Shown: positions 11,961 through 24,500 of the stretch, piece after piece
Position numbering within the stretch: position 1 is the stretch's first letter
Layout of the letters: the number at the start of each line of letters is the position of its first letter
Source: the human T2T-CHM13v2.0 reference genome, Homo sapiens
Strand: one strand, 5' to 3'
Length of the DNA: 64,000 nt
Assembly: GCF_009914755.1 (NCBI RefSeq)
Contig: NC_060942.1
Position numbers and translations under genes: made by a program
The notes under the pieces: generated by a model
Databases searched by the model: none
The model's input: the letters and a program-made list of their open reading frames with translations, nothing else
What the model was told of the DNA's origin: nothing

Positions 11961-14371
11961 GGAGAGCAAGCATATTGACATGTTGATACTAATACAGCCC
12001 CCATGCAGGAGATGAGAGGACAGGGTGAGGGCCATGCAGGCTGACAGATTTGTTTTCTTGAAAAGCGGTGAAAATGACTGCTCTGCTGAAGGGACTGTGG
12101 GTTGTGGGGATCGTTGCCAGTTGGAGAGCATTATCCAAAAGATGGGACAGTGTGTGTGAGTGAGAAAGAGGTATCTGTGAAGGAAGAGTGTAAGAGAACT
12201 TGCTGGAGTTTGAGGAGTCCATAATCACAGATTTGGGAAGCTAGAGAATTGGAGAGAAGAGAAAAGAGAAAAGGAGATTCTAATAATATTGCCATGACCT
12301 GTGTATTCAGATCCTCTTTTAAGATTCATCAAGAAATAAAATAAAGAATTTTAATCACTAAAGTCCTGTTGGAGATTTAGCCACATTTTCTTACCTTGTC
12401 AAAACTTTGTAATGGAACCAAATGAAGTTCATATAATTTTAGATATATATTCACACATATCCTAAAAACTGTAACCATAGTAGTTTGAAAAATATCATAT
12501 GTTATTATGACCACCATTACCAAATGTTTTACTTAAAGGATAAGATATAAATGCTACAGGCCCAAAATACCATGAAGATTTGCCATTGTAAGCAAAATAT
12601 CTCCTTATAACCAACAGTTCTCTTTCAAAACATTTTTCAAAATATAAAAACGTAATATCTGCTTGACAGATATTGTAAACCAATAAAAGACAAATAAACA
12701 AATACTCTTATACTGAATCTCAATATTAGCTTTTGGTTTCAGGTGCAATATAGTTATTCTGATGGGCAAAATCATTCAAACTTATTTTAACGTGTGCGTA
12801 ACTATAGCATTCTCCTCTACATGTGGATGAGAATACAGTTGCGTTTAGCTAGGCTAAGAATACGGCTGTATTTAGCTGGGCTAATGTTTCCACTGTCAAA
12901 TCTACTAATCAAAAAGCCAAGTTCTACTGACATTTCTCGGCATTCCTATTAGGGACTAAATATATATTTGTTTACTTATTTAATGTGATACTTCTTTCAG
13001 AGGTTCTCTTTCCATTTCTGGCCTTAATATGAAATCCTTATACTGTACACCAAGTAATACATTTAATGAAGACCAAATCTATTGGATATTTGAACCACTG
13101 CATTCCATGTAAAATGTGTCTTTTTAAACCTATAATGGACATTAAAAATATGCTCAATCAAATTTCTTGGGGCCTCCTGTGTCAGTCTTCCTGGAATCCC
13201 TTGAGAAGCGTTGTCTTAGACATGATCGGATGTGCTCTCAGGTGACCTTTTCTGTATTAAGATCTCCCTTTTTATTCATAAAATGTCGATACTGTAACAC
13301 AGAGAATCCTATATCCACCTGGATTTCAGACCTCCACACATCCTAGTGCACCCTGGCTTCAGAAACTCCATTTTGCAGTAGCAATGCCCTCCTTTCTCTT
13401 CACAGGCAACCTCTCTTGCCCCTCCTTCTGACAATCTGTCAGACAGTCACCGATTTTTCTTTGCTGGCAATGCACTGTTACCAGTAATTGCAGAAACCAT
13501 TAATAAAGTGGGTGGGAGGGGGCAAGGGGGAGAGGGAAGCGAGACACAAAGGGAATAAGTATTGTACATAGCCCACAGGCTTTTCCCTCCCACACATATG
13601 ATGCACTGTTGTTCCCCGCCTCACGTGGGAAAATGTTGTCCTGCTGAAAATACACCTTAAAGGCAGCTCTGCCTCAAAGATATCACATATGCATATTAAT
13701 AACACACACTTTGTAGTGCCTAGAGTTGTTTTTAATGAAGCAAGCCGAAATATACCAGCAACTTTCTCATCTTCTTCTGAGTGCTGCACTGATGCATAAG
13801 GGTGGGTTGGGGTGGCTTCTGCCCCGAAAAGAAAGATGAGAGAGGCTTGGTTAGTAATTCTTTATGACAGAAATAGAGGGAAGGAAGCATCACTGGATGA
13901 AATGAGTCCATCTTCCAGAAAGACCGAGGCTTTAGTAAGATTTTTAGCACAGGCTATGCACGTCAGTAAAAGTAAATAGAGATCAATGTAGGTGAGAAAA
14001 GGACCTGCAATGGAAAGCCAGAGGAAGACGAGAAAATATTTGAGGAAGAGGCTTTGTGTGAGGAGGCATGAAGGTTCCTTTAACCCTGAGATGATGTTTT
14101 TCCATCTTGCCAGATGCTCTTCCATTTTCTTATGGGACTTAACTTGCTTATTTAAAGAGAACAGATCACCGCTGTTAGCTGGGCCAAATGTAAGCTTGAA
14201 TTTTTAGGGACGATATGGTATATTCTGCCTATCAAGTTCTTACTCCCTGGGGTCCATTGCTCTAAAGAACAGCTGATTCTTGGGGGTTTAGCCATGAGGA
14301 ATACTAAGTAATCGATATTTGGCTTTCTTTTATTAGATGAGCCCAAGAGGCAGGTATGATTTTTCTAAAAG

Positions 14372-14560
14372 TCTACTTAGCTCAGTTGGTTAGAACATGA
14401 TGCTAATGAGACCATTATCTTGGTCTCATTTTCTTGTGGTTTAACTTTGCATAGAAGAAATTTCTTCCATGCTCACAGAATTTACTCATGAAGAGAAACA
14501 GTGTGGCCTGCTCAAGACAAAGCCATCATCACCTCTGGGAAACCAAATCACAGAGCCTAA
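14372..14560 (+). mobile_element. tRNA-Ile(AAT)-derived ancient SINE (MamSINE1-like); not a functional tRNA
   Basis: ttagctcagttggttagaacatgatgctaat matches the tRNA-Ile D-arm/A-box and AAT anticodon arm; T-arm destroyed; downstream ttccatgctcacaga and aaagccatcatcacctctgggaaaccaaatca resemble the MamSINE1 body as recalled. Confidence 0.75.
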
Positions 14561-15002
14561 GCTGTTCCTGTGTTTCTCACACCTGTTCCTTCTTTCCATT
14601 CTGGGAAGAAAAGTTTAGTGACCTGTCACAGCTTGTTTCAGTAGGCTTCTAATATTCTCCGTGTCTCTAGTCTCTTCCCATCCTAATAATCTTACACATG
14701 AAGGCCAGGGGCAGCTCTATTCATGCCATCTTCATCGATGGCCCTGAAGTTAAAACCCAATATCTTTGTATTTAAAGCCTTCTGTGTTCGATCCCTGCTT
14801 TTCCTTCCTATCTTGACTCCTCATCCTCTTTATCATTTAATATTGCACTCAGATTGCATAACCCATTAGCCCTCAAATTTTCTCCATGTTTCTCACCTTT
14901 GTGTTTGTTCTTCTGATGTTACCCCTGGATGGAACACCCTCTCACCAATTATCTCAAAATGTTTTTCATTACATGGCATTGTTCAAGTGTCACCAGTTTT
15001 CA

Positions 15003-15330
15003 ACTGGGCACAGTGGCTTACACCTGTAATCCCAGAACTTTAGGAAGCTGAGGCGGGAAGATTGTTTGAGCTCAGGAGTTCAGGACCAGCTGGGGCAACA
15101 TAGTGAGACTCCTACAAAAAATTTAGCCAGGCGTTATGGTGCGTGACTATAGTCCCAGCTACTTGGGAGGCGGAGGCAGGAGGATCACTGGAGCCAGAAG
15201 TTTGGGGCTGCAGTGAGCTATGACTGAACCACTGCACTCCAGCCTGGGCAACAAAGTGAGACCCTGTCTCAAAAAAAAAAAAAAAAAAGAAAAGAGAAAC
15301 AAAAAGAAAAAAAGGAAGAAAAGAAAAAGG
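15003..15330 (+). mobile_element. Alu (AluJ-like)
   Basis: dimeric Alu, long A/AG-rich tail. Confidence 0.95.
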
Positions 15331-15539
15331 GAAAAAGTCACGAGTTCCATAAAAAAAATTCTGTTCTTGCAAATGGAGACAAACTCTCCATCTTCTAAGT
15401 GTCTCTTGTACTTGGGTTTTTACCTCTTTTAAGACATGAGTAATATTTTAATATAATTATAATCATTTTTTATCAAGTATCTAAAAGTGCTAAACATTAT
15501 GGTACAAGGAGGGTTGAATATAAGTGTATGTAATCTCCT

Positions 15540-16455
15540 TGTATTAGTTAAGGTTACACTAGCTTCTCTAATAACCCCCCAACTTTTAATGATTTAACAT
15601 AATAGTCCAGTGTGGTATTACTGGTTAGCAGGAGGCTCTTCTCCAGGTGTTGATCTAAGGACAGCATTAGTTTAATCTAGTTCAGGTTTTTCTACCTATT
15701 TTATTTATTAGTTATCTATTGCTGCATAACCAATCACCCCATCAAACTTACTGGCTTAATAAAACACATTATTTCACAATTTCTGTGGCTCAGGGATTTG
15801 AGAGAAGTTTAGCTGGGTGGTCCTGACTTCCGGGTTTCTCATGAGGTTGCAAACTGTTGGCAGGGGCTGTATCATCTGAGGGCTGGACTGGGCCTGGTGG
15901 ATCCACTCCCAAGATGACTCACTCACAATACCTTGCCATGCAAGCCTCTTCACTGAGTGTCCTCATGGCATAACAGCTGACTTCTCCCAGAGTGAGAGAT
16001 GCAAGAAAGAGCAAGATGGGGCTTGTCCTTCATGACCTACCCTGAAAAGTCACACTCTGTCATTATTTCTGCACTCTATGTGTTAGAAGCAAGTCACTGA
16101 GTTTAGGTCACATTCAGACAAGGGGAAACTAAGCTCCAGCTTTCAAAGAAAAGTGTATCAAGGGATTTTGCACCCATTTTAAAACCACCACAGCCTGAAA
16201 CCTTCCATACCTTCCTCCATTGTGTGGGGCTGTGCAATCTCCTAGGGTCTGCATTCTTTAGCTTCCAGCAGGTGGAAAATGAAGAAAGCATAAAGGCACA
16301 ACATCTTGTTAAAAACACTTGTCTGAAAATGACACTTATCACATCCATTCTCATTACAATGACGAGTGTCATACGGCCAACTCTGGATTCAGAAGGTGGC
16401 CAGAAAATGTGGCCTCTGGCCAGGCAGCCATTTCTTGGTGGCAACACTCTGCAAC
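15540..16455 (-). mobile_element. older MLT1 (ERVL-MaLR, MLT1J/K-like) LTR, split by a second MLT1
   Basis: tgtattagttaaggttacactagct... start; resumes after 16192 with aaatgacacttatcacatccattctcatt...gtcatacggcca...ggccagaaaatgtggcctctggccaggcagcca. Confidence 0.55.
15704..16192 (-). mobile_element. MLT1 (MLT1F/G-like) solo LTR
   Basis: tattagttatctattgctgcataac...atttctgtggctcagg...tttagctgggtgg...ends ttttaaaaccaccaca. Confidence 0.85.
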
Positions 16456-17329
16456 TCACACCCAGCCCCAAACGTTAACTTCTTTAGGGCAGAGACTGTC
16501 TTGTCTTTCATCGTATTCTTCATTCTACAGATAGCACAGGCCTTGTGCAGAGCCAGTGTTTTTTAAATATTTCATGAAAGAATGAATACATAAATAATGG
16601 GATGGTAGCATTATTTTTCTATATATTTCAAAAGACAAACCCAGGCTTGCTTCCTAACTAGAATACACACAACTGTGCTACTCAAATTCTATTTACAACC
16701 CAGCTATGGCCTGTGTGTCTATGCTCAGAACAACCTAGGCGTGATAGTTCTCTTGTTATTTCTTATGAATTATTTATCTTCCCCCCTCTGAACTTTCTTC
16801 AAATGGCACATTGCAAAGGACTAGTTCTTTACTAAAGAATATTATATAAAGGCAAGAATGTTCAAAGCTTCTCTGCATCACTACACAAACAATTCAAGAA
16901 AGATGCTGCCAAATGCCAAAGTGATGGGATCACAGGGTAGCAGAGATAAGAGGTAAATTGTCATAGCAACCAGAGGACCTCCATTGGAATGACTGCACTC
17001 CAACTTAAAAGGAAGTTTTAAGAGCTTAAATACACACAAAGAAATGGCTGATTTCATAAAAATGTCATTTAAAAACAAGAGAATCTCTTTAAACTTTTCT
17101 GAGTGAATATAATTTGGAAAAAATATAATGTAGGAAAATGCCAAATCTGGACATTAGTGAGTCTTCACCATAATATTTAATAAGAACAATAATTTTTGTT
17201 CTTATTAAATACATGATTTTTTTAATTTTAGAAAAAATTAGTTATTATTCATTTGGGGGTTATGATGGTAACACATGCTTAGTGTAGATAAATTGAAAAT
17301 GTAGAAAAGGTAAGAGAGGGAATTAAAAG

Positions 17330-17760
17330 ATAATCTTACTACCCAGAGTAAAGCAATCTAAAAAATATTTTTAGTATATATGTATATATGTTCAATTGTA
17401 TGTATATAAACAAACAAAATTGAGATTGCTTGTGTATATTTCTTTTGGTATGTTGGCTTTTTACTGACATTATCTCACAAACATTTTCTTACATCTTTAA
17501 TATTTTCAAAACATTACTTTCCGTTATTTAGATATATCTTAAATTTATCTAATTACTTCGGTAATGTTTGACATATTGATGATTTTAATATTTGGGGTAG
17601 CATAAATAATTTTGTAGCCAACACTATGAATGGACAACATTTGTCACATAATAAAGTATTAATAAATGTTTGATAAATAAATTAAAAGATGCAAATATTT
17701 CTGAATATCTCTGATTATTGCTATGTTCCTAAAAATGAATTATTATCTATTATTTTAAAT
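17330..17760 (-). mobile_element. old L1ME-type remnant
   Basis: AT-rich, aattgagattgc...acattatctcacaaacattttctt...tctgaatatctctgattatt pattern. Confidence 0.4.
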
Positions 17761-17814
17761 TTTTTCATTTGTTTCTCAACTTAGGTTATTCTTATTTTGC
17801 CATATGTAGATTAA

Positions 17815-18262
17815 TTCTTTTTTATTTTTTATCTTTTTAATTTTTTATTGTACTTTGTAAGTTTAAGGTCTACAATATGATGTTTTGATATACATATACA
17901 TATGGAAGTGATTGCTACCATCAAGCAAATTAACATTTGTTAGCATCTTCATCATCTCACATAGTTTCCTTCTTTCCTTCCTCCCTTCTGCCTTCCTGCC
18001 TTTCTGCCTCCCTCCGTCTCTCCCTCTCTCTTTCTTTGTGGCAAAAGTACCTAAAATCTAAGCTCTTAGCAAGTTTTCAGTGTACAATACAATATTATTA
18101 ACTAGGGTCCTCATGCTATACATTAGATCTCTAAACTTATTCATCCTACAAAACTGAAACTTTGTATCCTTTGAACTACATCTCCCTACCACACCCCCGA
18201 CCACCACCGTGACTATCATTCTTTTCTGTTTCTACATATTTGATTTGTTTTTAGATTTATCT
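17815..18262 (-). mobile_element. L1MA (L1MA8-10-like) 3' end
   Basis: tttaaggtctacaatatgatgttttgatatacatatac...catgctatacattagatctctaaacttattcatcc; internal pyrimidine-rich tract at 17965-18040. Confidence 0.85.
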
Positions 18263-20442
18263 GGAAGATTTATTAAACTTTGCTGTGAGTATTTGGAATA
18301 AACTTGGCTTCTAATACCTAGATTATGGACCATTTTATGTAATGGGGGAAATAATAGTTTGCAAAACATGGGTGAGGGAGTTGGAACAGTCCCTTGTGTA
18401 GCCTCTGATAAGTCAGCAGCTCGGGCGTCCTAAGTAAACCTGAAAAGCAGTCTAGGCCACAAGGACGGCAACTCCTAGGTGAGTCCTCGTGCTGAACTGG
18501 GCTCAGGGCCAGTGGACTTGTTGGGGGTACATGACCTACTGAACTAGCAGCTGGGGTGGCTAAGGAAGTGCTGGCATTATCCCTCCCCTAACCCCAGGCT
18601 GCACAGCTTGTGGTTCCAAAAGAGACACCCTACCTTCCACTTGAGGAGAGGAGAGGAAAGAGTGGGAAGACTTTATCTTGCACTTTGGCTACCAGCTCAG
18701 CCACAGCAGGATAGGGCGTTGGTTAGAGTTATGAGGCCCTCTTTCTAGGTCTTAGCTCCCAGATGATATTTCTAGACACACCCTGGGCCAGAAAGGAACC
18801 TGCTTCCTTGAAGGGAAGGACCCAGTCTTTGCAGGACCTATTACCTACTAACTGAAGAGACCTTAGGCCCTGAATAACCAGCAGCAATACTCAGGTACTT
18901 TCAGGTACTATGTTGAAAGACTTCGGTGAGACTCTGAGGTTTGCTGGCGTCATGTGAGACTCAGCACATTTCCAGCTGTGGTGGCTGTGGGGCAAGACTC
19001 CTTCTGCTTGAGAAAAGTGTGGGGGAAACTAAAGGGGACTTTGTATTGCACCTTAGGCACCAGCTGGGCCACAGAAGGGTACAGTACCAAGTGGGCTCTT
19101 GGGGTCACTGATTCCAGGACTTGGCTCTTGGATGGCATTTCTGGACCTGCCCGGGGCCAAAGAGGAGCCCACTGCCCTGAAGGGTAAAGCTGAGGCCAGA
19201 TAGCACCCACCAGAACTGACTGAATAGCCCTTGGGCCTTAAGTGAATGTCAGTGGTAGTCTGGCAGTACTTCTCATGGGCCTGTGATGGTAGTGGCCATG
19301 GGGTAAGGCTCTTCTGCCTTTGGAAAGGGGAGGGAAGAGTGGGAAGGACTGCGTCTTGTGGTTTGAGTGCTAGCTCAATACAAAACAGTATAATAGAACA
19401 CCAGAAAGACTTCTAAGGTTTTTGACTCTAATCCCTGGCTCCCAGATGGGACCCCTGGACCCATTCAGGGCCTAGGGAAATTTACACCCTGATGGAAAGG
19501 ACACAGGCCTGGCTAGTTTTGCCACCTGCTGATTGTAGAACCCAGGATCTTCAGCAGTAGCCAGGGAGTGGTTACAGAAGGACTTGTGCAAAACCCACTG
19601 CTATGCTGGCTTCAGGTCTGACTCAGTGCAGTCCCCATGGTGGTGGCCACAGGGTTGCTTGTGTCACTCCAACCCCATCTCCAGGTGGCTCAGAACAGAG
19701 AGAGAGAGAATCTCCATTTGTGTGGAAGAAAGTAAAGGAAGAGAACAAGAATCTCTGCCTGGTAATCCAGAGAATTCTCCTGGATTTTGTCCAACACCAT
19801 CAAGGTGATACCTCTATAAGCCTGCAAGAAACATAGCGTTACTTGGCTTGGGGTACCCCCTAAAGCAGGTGCAGCTTAGATCACAACACCCAAGTCTTTT
19901 TGAATACCTGGAAAGCCTTCCCAAGAAGGATAGGTACAAAGAAGCCCAGACTACAGAGATGGTGAAAAAATACTTAACTCTTCAATGCTCAGACACAGAC
20001 AAACATCTGCAAGTATCAAGACTGTCCAGGAAAGTATGAGCTCACCAAATGAACTAAGTAAGTCACCAGAGACCAATACTGAAGAGACAGAGATATGTGA
20101 CCTTTCAGACAGAGAATTCAAAATTCATTTTTGAGGAAGCTCAAAGAAATTAAAGATAACACAGAAAGAATTCAGAATTCTATCAGATAAATTTAACAAA
20201 GAGATTGAAATAATTAAAATCAATTAAGCAGAAATTCTGTAGCTGAAAAATGCAATTGGTATACTGAAGGATGCGTCAGAGTCTTTTAATAGCAGAATTG
20301 ATCAAACAGTAGAAAGAATTAGTGAACTTGAAGACATGCTATTTGAAAATACACAGTCAGAGGAGAGGAAAGAAAAAAAAAAACCAAAAACAGTGAAACG
20401 CTTCTACAGCATTTGGAAAATAGCTTCAAAAGGGAAAATCTA

Positions 20443-20743
20443 GGCTGGGCGTGGTGGCTCACACCTGTAATCCCAGCACTTTGGAAGGCCAAGGTGGATG
20501 GATGACGAGCTCAGGAGATCGAGACCATCCTGTCTAACACGGTGAAACCCCATCTCTACTAAAAATACAAAAAATTAGCCGGGCGTGGTGGCGGGCGCAT
20601 GTAGTCCCAGCTACTCAGGAGGCTGAGGCAGGAGGATGGCATGAACCTGGGAGGCGGAGCTTGCAGTGAGCCAAGATCACGCCACTGAACTCCAGCCTGG
20701 GCAACAGAGGGAGACTCCATCAAAAAGAAAAAAAAAAAAAAAA
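20443..20743 (+). mobile_element. AluY-like, inserted in L1 ORF1
   Basis: gagatcgagaccatcctg..taacacggtgaaaccc, ggcatgaacc..gagcttgcagtgagc; imperfect TSD aaaggg..aaatcta on both sides. Confidence 0.95.
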
Positions 20744-21275
20744 GGGCGAAAATCTAGAGTTATTGACCTTAAAGAAGAGGTAGAGAAAGAGATAAGGGTA
20801 GAATGTTTATTCAAAGGAATAATAACAGAGAACTTCCCAAACCTAGAGAAAGATGTCAGTGTCCACATACAAAAGGTTATAGGACATCAAGCAGATTTAA
20901 CCCAAGGAAGACTATCTCGAGCCATCTAACAATCAAACTCTCAAAGGTCAAGCATAAAGAAAGGATTCTAAGAGAAGCAAGAGAAAAAAAAACAGATAAC
21001 ATTCTATGGAGCTCCAAACCAAAGGCAGCAGACTTTTCATTGGAAACCTTACAGGCCAGGAGAGAGTGGCATGACAAATTTAAAGTCCTGATGGAAAAAC
21101 ACTTTTACTCTATTCAGTGAAAATATCCTTCAAACATGAAGGAGAAATAAAGACTTTCCCAGACAAACAAAAGCTGATGGATTTCATTAACACCAGGCCC
21201 GTCCTATAAGAAATGCTAAAGGGAGTACTTTAATCAGAAAGGAAAGGACATTAATGAGCAATAAGAAATCATCTC

Positions 21276-21599
<324 letters not shown>

Positions 21600-24500
21600 C
21601 TAAATGTACAAAACTCACTGGTAATAGTAAGTACACAGAAAAACACAGAATATTATAACACTGTAACTATGGCGTGTAAACTACTTTTATCCTAAGTAGA
21701 AAGACTAAACAATGAATGAATCAAAAATACTAACCACAACAGCCTTTAAAGACATAGTGCAATAAGATATAAATAGAAACAACAAAAAGTTAAAGAGTGG
21801 GGGAATGAAGTTAAGACGTAGAGTATTTATTAGTTTTCTTTTTGCTTGCTTCTTTGTTTGTTTCTTTATGTAAACAGTGTTAAGTTGTTATCAGATTAAA
21901 ATAATGGGTTATAAGATAGTATTTGCAGGCCTCATGGTAACCTCAAACCATGAAACATACAATGGATACACAAAAAATAAAAATTAAGAACTAAATCATA
22001 TGACCAAAGACAATTACCTTTACTAAAAGGAAGACAGAAAAGAAAGAAGAGAAGACCGCAAAATAATCAGAAAACAAATATCAAGAAGTCTTTAATTTTC
22101 AATATTAACATAGGATGTAAATGGACTAAGCTCTCCAATCAAAAGACATAGACTGTCTGAATGGACAAAAAATCAAGACCTATTAATCTGTTGTCTATAA
22201 GAAACACACTTCACCTGTAAAGATACACATAAACTTAAAATAAAAGGATGGAAAAACATATTCCATGCCAATGAAAACCAAAAAAGAGCAGGAGTAGCTA
22301 TACTTATATTGGACAAAATAGCTTTCAAGACAAAAATTATAGAAGAGACAAAGAAGGTTACTGTATAATGATAAAGGGGTCAATTCAGCAAGAAGGTATA
22401 ACAGTTTTAAATATATATGTCCCCAAATGCTGGGCACTCAGATATATAAAGCAAATATTACTAGAGCTAAAGAGAGAGATAGGCTGCAGTACAATAATAG
22501 ACGGAGACTTCAACACCTCATTTTCAGCATTGGACAGATCTTCCAGACAGAAAATCAACAAAGAAATATCAGACTTAATGTGCAGTATGAACCAAATGGA
22601 CGTAATAGATATTATGGAACATTTCATCCAAGGACTGCAGAATATACATTATTTTCCTCAGCACATGCATTATTCTGAAGGATAGACCGTACGTTAGGTC
22701 ACAAAACAAGTCTTAAAATGTTCAAAAAAACTGAAATACTATGAAGCATCTTCTCTGACCACAACAGAATAAAACTAGAAATCAGTAACAAGAGGAATTT
22801 TGGAAACTGTACAAATACATGGAAATTAAACAATATGCCCCTGAAAGGCCAGTGGTCAATGAAGAAATTAAGAAGGAAATTGAAAAATTTCTTAAAATAA
22901 ATGATAATGGAAACACAATATCCCAAAATCTATGATACAGCAAAAGCAGTACTAAGAGGGGAGTTTATAGCTATATGTGCCTGTGTCAAAAGAAAAAAGA
23001 AGAAAAACTTCAAATAAACAACCTAATGATGCATGTTAAAGAACTAGAAAAGCAAGAGTAAATCAAACCCAAGATTAGTAGAGAAAAATAATAAAGATCA
23101 GAGCAGAAATAAATGAAATTGTAATGAAGAAAACAATACAAAAGATCAATAAAACAAAAAGTTGGTTTTTTGCAAAGTTAAACAAAATTGATAAACCTTC
23201 AGCCAGACTAAGAAAAAAAGAGAGAGGATCCATATAAATAAAATCAGAGGTGAAAAAGGAGACATTACAACTGACACTGCAGATATTCAAAGAATCACTA
23301 ATGGCTACTATGAGCAACTATTTGCCAATAAATTGGAAAATCTAGGAGAAATTGACAAATTTCTGGACATATGCAACCTATCAAGATTGAACCATGAATA
23401 AACCTAAAACTGGAACAGACTAATAAAGAGTAATGAGATTGAAGCCATGATAAAAATTTCCCAGTAAAGAAAAGTCCTGGACCAAATGGCATCACTGCCA
23501 AATTCTACCAAAATTTAAAGAACTAATACAAATTCTACTCAAACTATTCTGAAAAATAGCAGAGGCTATTCAAACCATTCTGAAAAATAGAGGAGGTGGG
23601 AATACTTGCAAACTCATTCTGTGAGGCCAGTGTTACCCAGACACCAAAAACAAAGACACATCAAAAGAAAAAAAAAAAAAAAGAAAGAAAGAAAAGAAGA
23701 AAACTGAAAACTGCAGGTCAATATCTCTGATAAATAATGATGCAAAAATCCTTAACAAAATACTAGCAAACTGAATTCAACAATACATTAAAAATATCAT
23801 TCATCATGACCAAGTAAGGTTTATTCCTGGGATGCAAGGATGGTTTGACATATGCAAATCAATCAATGTGATACATCATATCAGCAAAATGAAGAACAAA
23901 CACCATTTGATCATTTCAATTGATGTTGGAAAAGCATTTGATAAAATTCAACATCCCTTCATGATAAAAACCCTCAAAAAATGGTTATAGAAGAAACATG
24001 CCTCAACACAATAAAAACCATATATGACAGACCCACAGCTAGTATCACACTGAATGGGGATAAAATGAAAGCCTTTTTTCTAAAATCTGGAACACACAAG
24101 GGTGCCCACTTTTCACCACTGTTATTGAGGGTAGTACTGGTAACCCTAGCTAAAACAATCAGACAAGAGAAAGAATAAAGGACATTTAAATTGGAAAAGA
24201 AGAGGTCAAATTATCCTTGTTTGCAGATAATATGATCTTTTATTTGGAAAAACCTAAATATTCCACCAAAAAACTATTAGAACTGATAAACAAATTCAGT
24301 AAAGTTGCAGGATACAAAATCAATATACAAAAGTCAGTAGCATTTCTATACCGAAGAAAAAAGTAATCCCTTTTACAATAGCCACATATGAAATTGAATA
24401 CCTAGGAATTAACTTATCCAAAGCAGTGAAAGTTCTCTATCATGAAAACTAAAGTATTCATGGAAGAAATTGAAGAGGACACCAAAAAAAAAAAAAAAAA

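Noticed and set aside
14372-14445. Functional tRNA-Ile gene
   Set aside because: T-arm/B-box and acceptor stem are destroyed; continues into a SINE body.
18321-18335. TSD for the + L1MA (attatggaccatt vs attaggaccatt at ~26443)
   Set aside because: Lies ~80 bp from the apparent 5' end and is imperfect; may be chance.
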